Origin: an uncultured archaeon
Lineage (GTDB): Archaea > Asgardarchaeota > Thorarchaeia > Thorarchaeales > Thorarchaeaceae
Length of the DNA stretch: 56,705 nucleotides
NCBI GenBank assembly: GCA_964631415.1
Contig: CAZVZC010000008.1
Span: forward strand, 1 to 56,705
Direction of reading: 5' to 3'
In this document: positions 54,902 to 56,705 of the stretch, one piece after another
Position numbering within the stretch: position 1 is the stretch's first letter
How the letters are laid out: each line of letters begins with the position of its first letter
Translations under genes and position numbers: made by a program
The notes under the pieces: generated by a model
What the model saw: the letters and a program-made list of their open reading frames with translations, nothing else
What the model was told of the DNA's origin: nothing
Databases searched by the model: none

Positions 54902-56705
54902 ATGTGGAGAAGAAATCGATTGATTGAGGCAAGACGCTGGAACTGTATCCTATTACTCTTGGTCCTGACCCTGCCGCTGCTGAGCATTGGTTTCCATGGC
55001 TCCACACTCGGCTTCGTGGTATGGATTGTGAATGCGGATGTTGACGATGTGGATACAAGCCTGGCAGTGCGAACACTCCGCGTGGAAACTGCTCAAGCCG
55101 GGCTTGACGTCAAAGAAACCACGTTGGCCAGGCTCGAATCAGTTCCGCTAGGAGCGGACGTCTTGGTGGTTGTTGGTCACGGCGAGCCAGATGGACTTGC
55201 AGTTTCAGAGTCGCTCAGGCCATGGTCTGAGCTGTACAGGGCCATCGCAGAACGCCAGCCACGGAAGACTATAGTCATCGCATGCCACTCACCGTCCGAC
55301 CCGTCTTCGGAGGTGTTCGGGTTTGCAGGTCGAGTTGATGCGGAGGCCGGTGCACTAGTGGTCGGCTGGTACCTCACACAGCTCACGATGCCAGACAAGG
55401 AGGTGGCCTTTCCTCTCGACCGAGTGGCGTGTGCTCAAGAGAGCATGCTTCATCCGTTGGGGCGGTACCTGTACTTCATCCACGGCTACTGGGGACTCAA
55501 CACTCAGTTCTATAGTATGTACGACGATTTCGACCAGCGCGGGCTTTTCAAGACCGACTACCACGCCGGCGATGTGAGGTTCTTCGACTACTTCGAGGCC
55601 TACAGTGCAACCACGCAGCCCGAAAAGGACACGGTGCATTGGGGATGCTCCATCTCGAGCTTCGCTTACAACCTCTACGACGAGCTGCGCAACCTTCCCT
55701 CTGGTAGTCAAGTGAACATCATAGGGCACAGCATGGGAGGACTCATTGCTCGCGAGATGCTCAGGCTGTATCGAGCCCAGCTCGACAGTGCCGGGGTGAG
55801 CATCGGGAAGGTCGTTACTCTCGGAACGCCCAACTACGGAACATTTCTCGCGAATCCTCTCAACAACTGGGCCTTGATTCTTTCTCTGATCGGTGGATTG
55901 CTCTACAGTGGAACGCTCTGGCCGAGTCCTGTTTTCTGGTCGATGATGCCCGGGAGCTGCTTCCTCACGGCTCTCAACTCAGGCCCACTCAACTACTCGT
56001 CTGGAATCGAATGGTGCACGGTGAGCGGCTATGAAGCTTTTTGGAGCACGCTGATGCTGTTCATCCATCTCGACGTCAGCGACCCGATAGTCGCCAGAGG
56101 AAGAGCGCACCTCTCCTTCGCGGAACAGGCATTCTTCGATGTCGAACACAGTGTGCTCATCGACGACCCAACTGGCACGACGTACTCATACTTGGCAGAC
56201 TGGATCACAGCAGGCCCAGACTCGGACTCCGACGGACTGACCGACGATGCCGAAACGTACTGTCACCAGACAGACCCGTATGACAGTGACACGGACAACG
56301 ATGGACTTACTGACTATGACGAGGTCGTGACGTATGGCACGGACCCGAGAAACGACAACACCGACGGGGACGGCCTGACTGACGGGTACGAGGTCGAACA
56401 CGACTACGATGCTCTTGACATCAACGACCCTGTCCCTGCTACCCTGTTAATCTCGTCTGTCACTCTGGTCGGTTCCAAGGTCATGGTCTATGTGAACCAC
56501 TACACCATAATGGACTACGTGGACTTCTATGTGAGATACAAGACCACGTACGGCTCTTGGACCAGCTATAGCAACAAGGGCAGGGACTACACGCCAGACA
56601 CAGGTGACAAGTACTATGCCACATGGACGTACCCGTCGGGTTACAGTCGATTGGAGGTCAAGGTGATGGCCTATGACTCAAGCGGCCTTTGGCTGGGGAC
56701 TGACT
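54902..56705 (+). CDS. Secreted multidomain protein, 3'-truncated: signal peptide, caspase/CHAT-like His-Cys domain, lipase-type alpha/beta hydrolase, TSP3-like Ca repeats, beta-rich domain
   Basis: Hand translation is open from ATG 54902 to the window end; VVVGHG/VIACHS; FIHG, GHSMGG, TLGTPNYG; DSDSDGLTD..E repeats. Confidence 0.85.
   Translation, partial: MWRRNRLIEARRWNCILLLLVLTLPLLSIGFHGSTLGFVVWIVNADVDDVDTSLAVRTLRVETAQAGLDVKETTLARLESVPLGADVLVVVGHGEPDGLAVSESLRPWSELYRAIAERQPRKTIVIACHSPSDPSSEVFGFAGRVDAEAGALVVGWYLTQLTMPDKEVAFPLDRVACAQESMLHPLGRYLYFIHGYWGLNTQFYSMYDDFDQRGLFKTDYHAGDVRFFDYFEAYSATTQPEKDTVHWGCSISSFAYNLYDELRNLPSGSQVNIIGHSMGGLIAREMLRLYRAQLDSAGVSIGKVVTLGTPNYGTFLANPLNNWALILSLIGGLLYSGTLWPSPVFWSMMPGSCFLTALNSGPLNYSSGIEWCTVSGYEAFWSTLMLFIHLDVSDPIVARGRAHLSFAEQAFFDVEHSVLIDDPTGTTYSYLADWITAGPDSDSDGLTDDAETYCHQTDPYDSDTDNDGLTDYDEVVTYGTDPRNDNTDGDGLTDGYEVEHDYDALDINDPVPATLLISSVTLVGSKVMVYVNHYTIMDYVDFYVRYKTTYGSWTSYSNKGRDYTPDTGDKYYATWTYPSGYSRLEVKVMAYDSSGLWLGTD
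56219..56430 (+). repeat. Three TSP3-like (DxDxDGLTDxxE) calcium-binding repeats
   Basis: DSDSDGLTDDAE, DTDNDGLTDYDE, NTDGDGLTDGYE with TDP spacers. Confidence 0.85.

Noticed and set aside
1-56705. CRISPR arrays, rRNA, transposases; the many antisense ORFs in the track
   Set aside because: No regularly spaced repeats or recognisable motifs; the antisense ORFs overlap well-supported genes

Overview
Archaeal chromosomal segment made mostly of housekeeping genes. The combination of eS30, a TFEbeta/C34 homologue, extended Sm (SmAP3), cdrS-ftsZ, mch, Nop5/fibrillarin and Gar1/SRP19 points to a TACK/Asgard archaeon. Thorarchaeia-like is my inference; Bathyarchaeia is not excluded. The window carries translation and RNA genes (valS, rpl3-4-23-2, trm1, rlmE, elp3, archease), pyrimidine genes (pyrH, pyrB, pyrD/K, dCMP deaminase), an acetate module (acs, OFA transporter, CoA-transferase-GNAT fusion, AcuC/HDAC) and six CCA-encoding tRNAs. 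Five tRNAs have introns, two at non-canonical sites (D-loop, T-loop). Several genes are absent from the ORF track: cdrS, eS30, a secreted caspase-like/lipase/TSP3 fusion running off the right edge, and a tricistronic operon of 35-40 aa peptides (6241-6593, minus strand). The peptide operon has a TATA box, repeated RBS blocks, a terminator and a shared T-[DE]-h-h-A-aromatic motif; it is the best candidate for an undescribed system. The second candidate is a PEP-synthase-like dikinase split into stand-alone His-swivel and ATP-grasp genes, divergent from an unknown 388-aa protein (13423-17196). No CRISPR array, rRNA or mobile element was seen.
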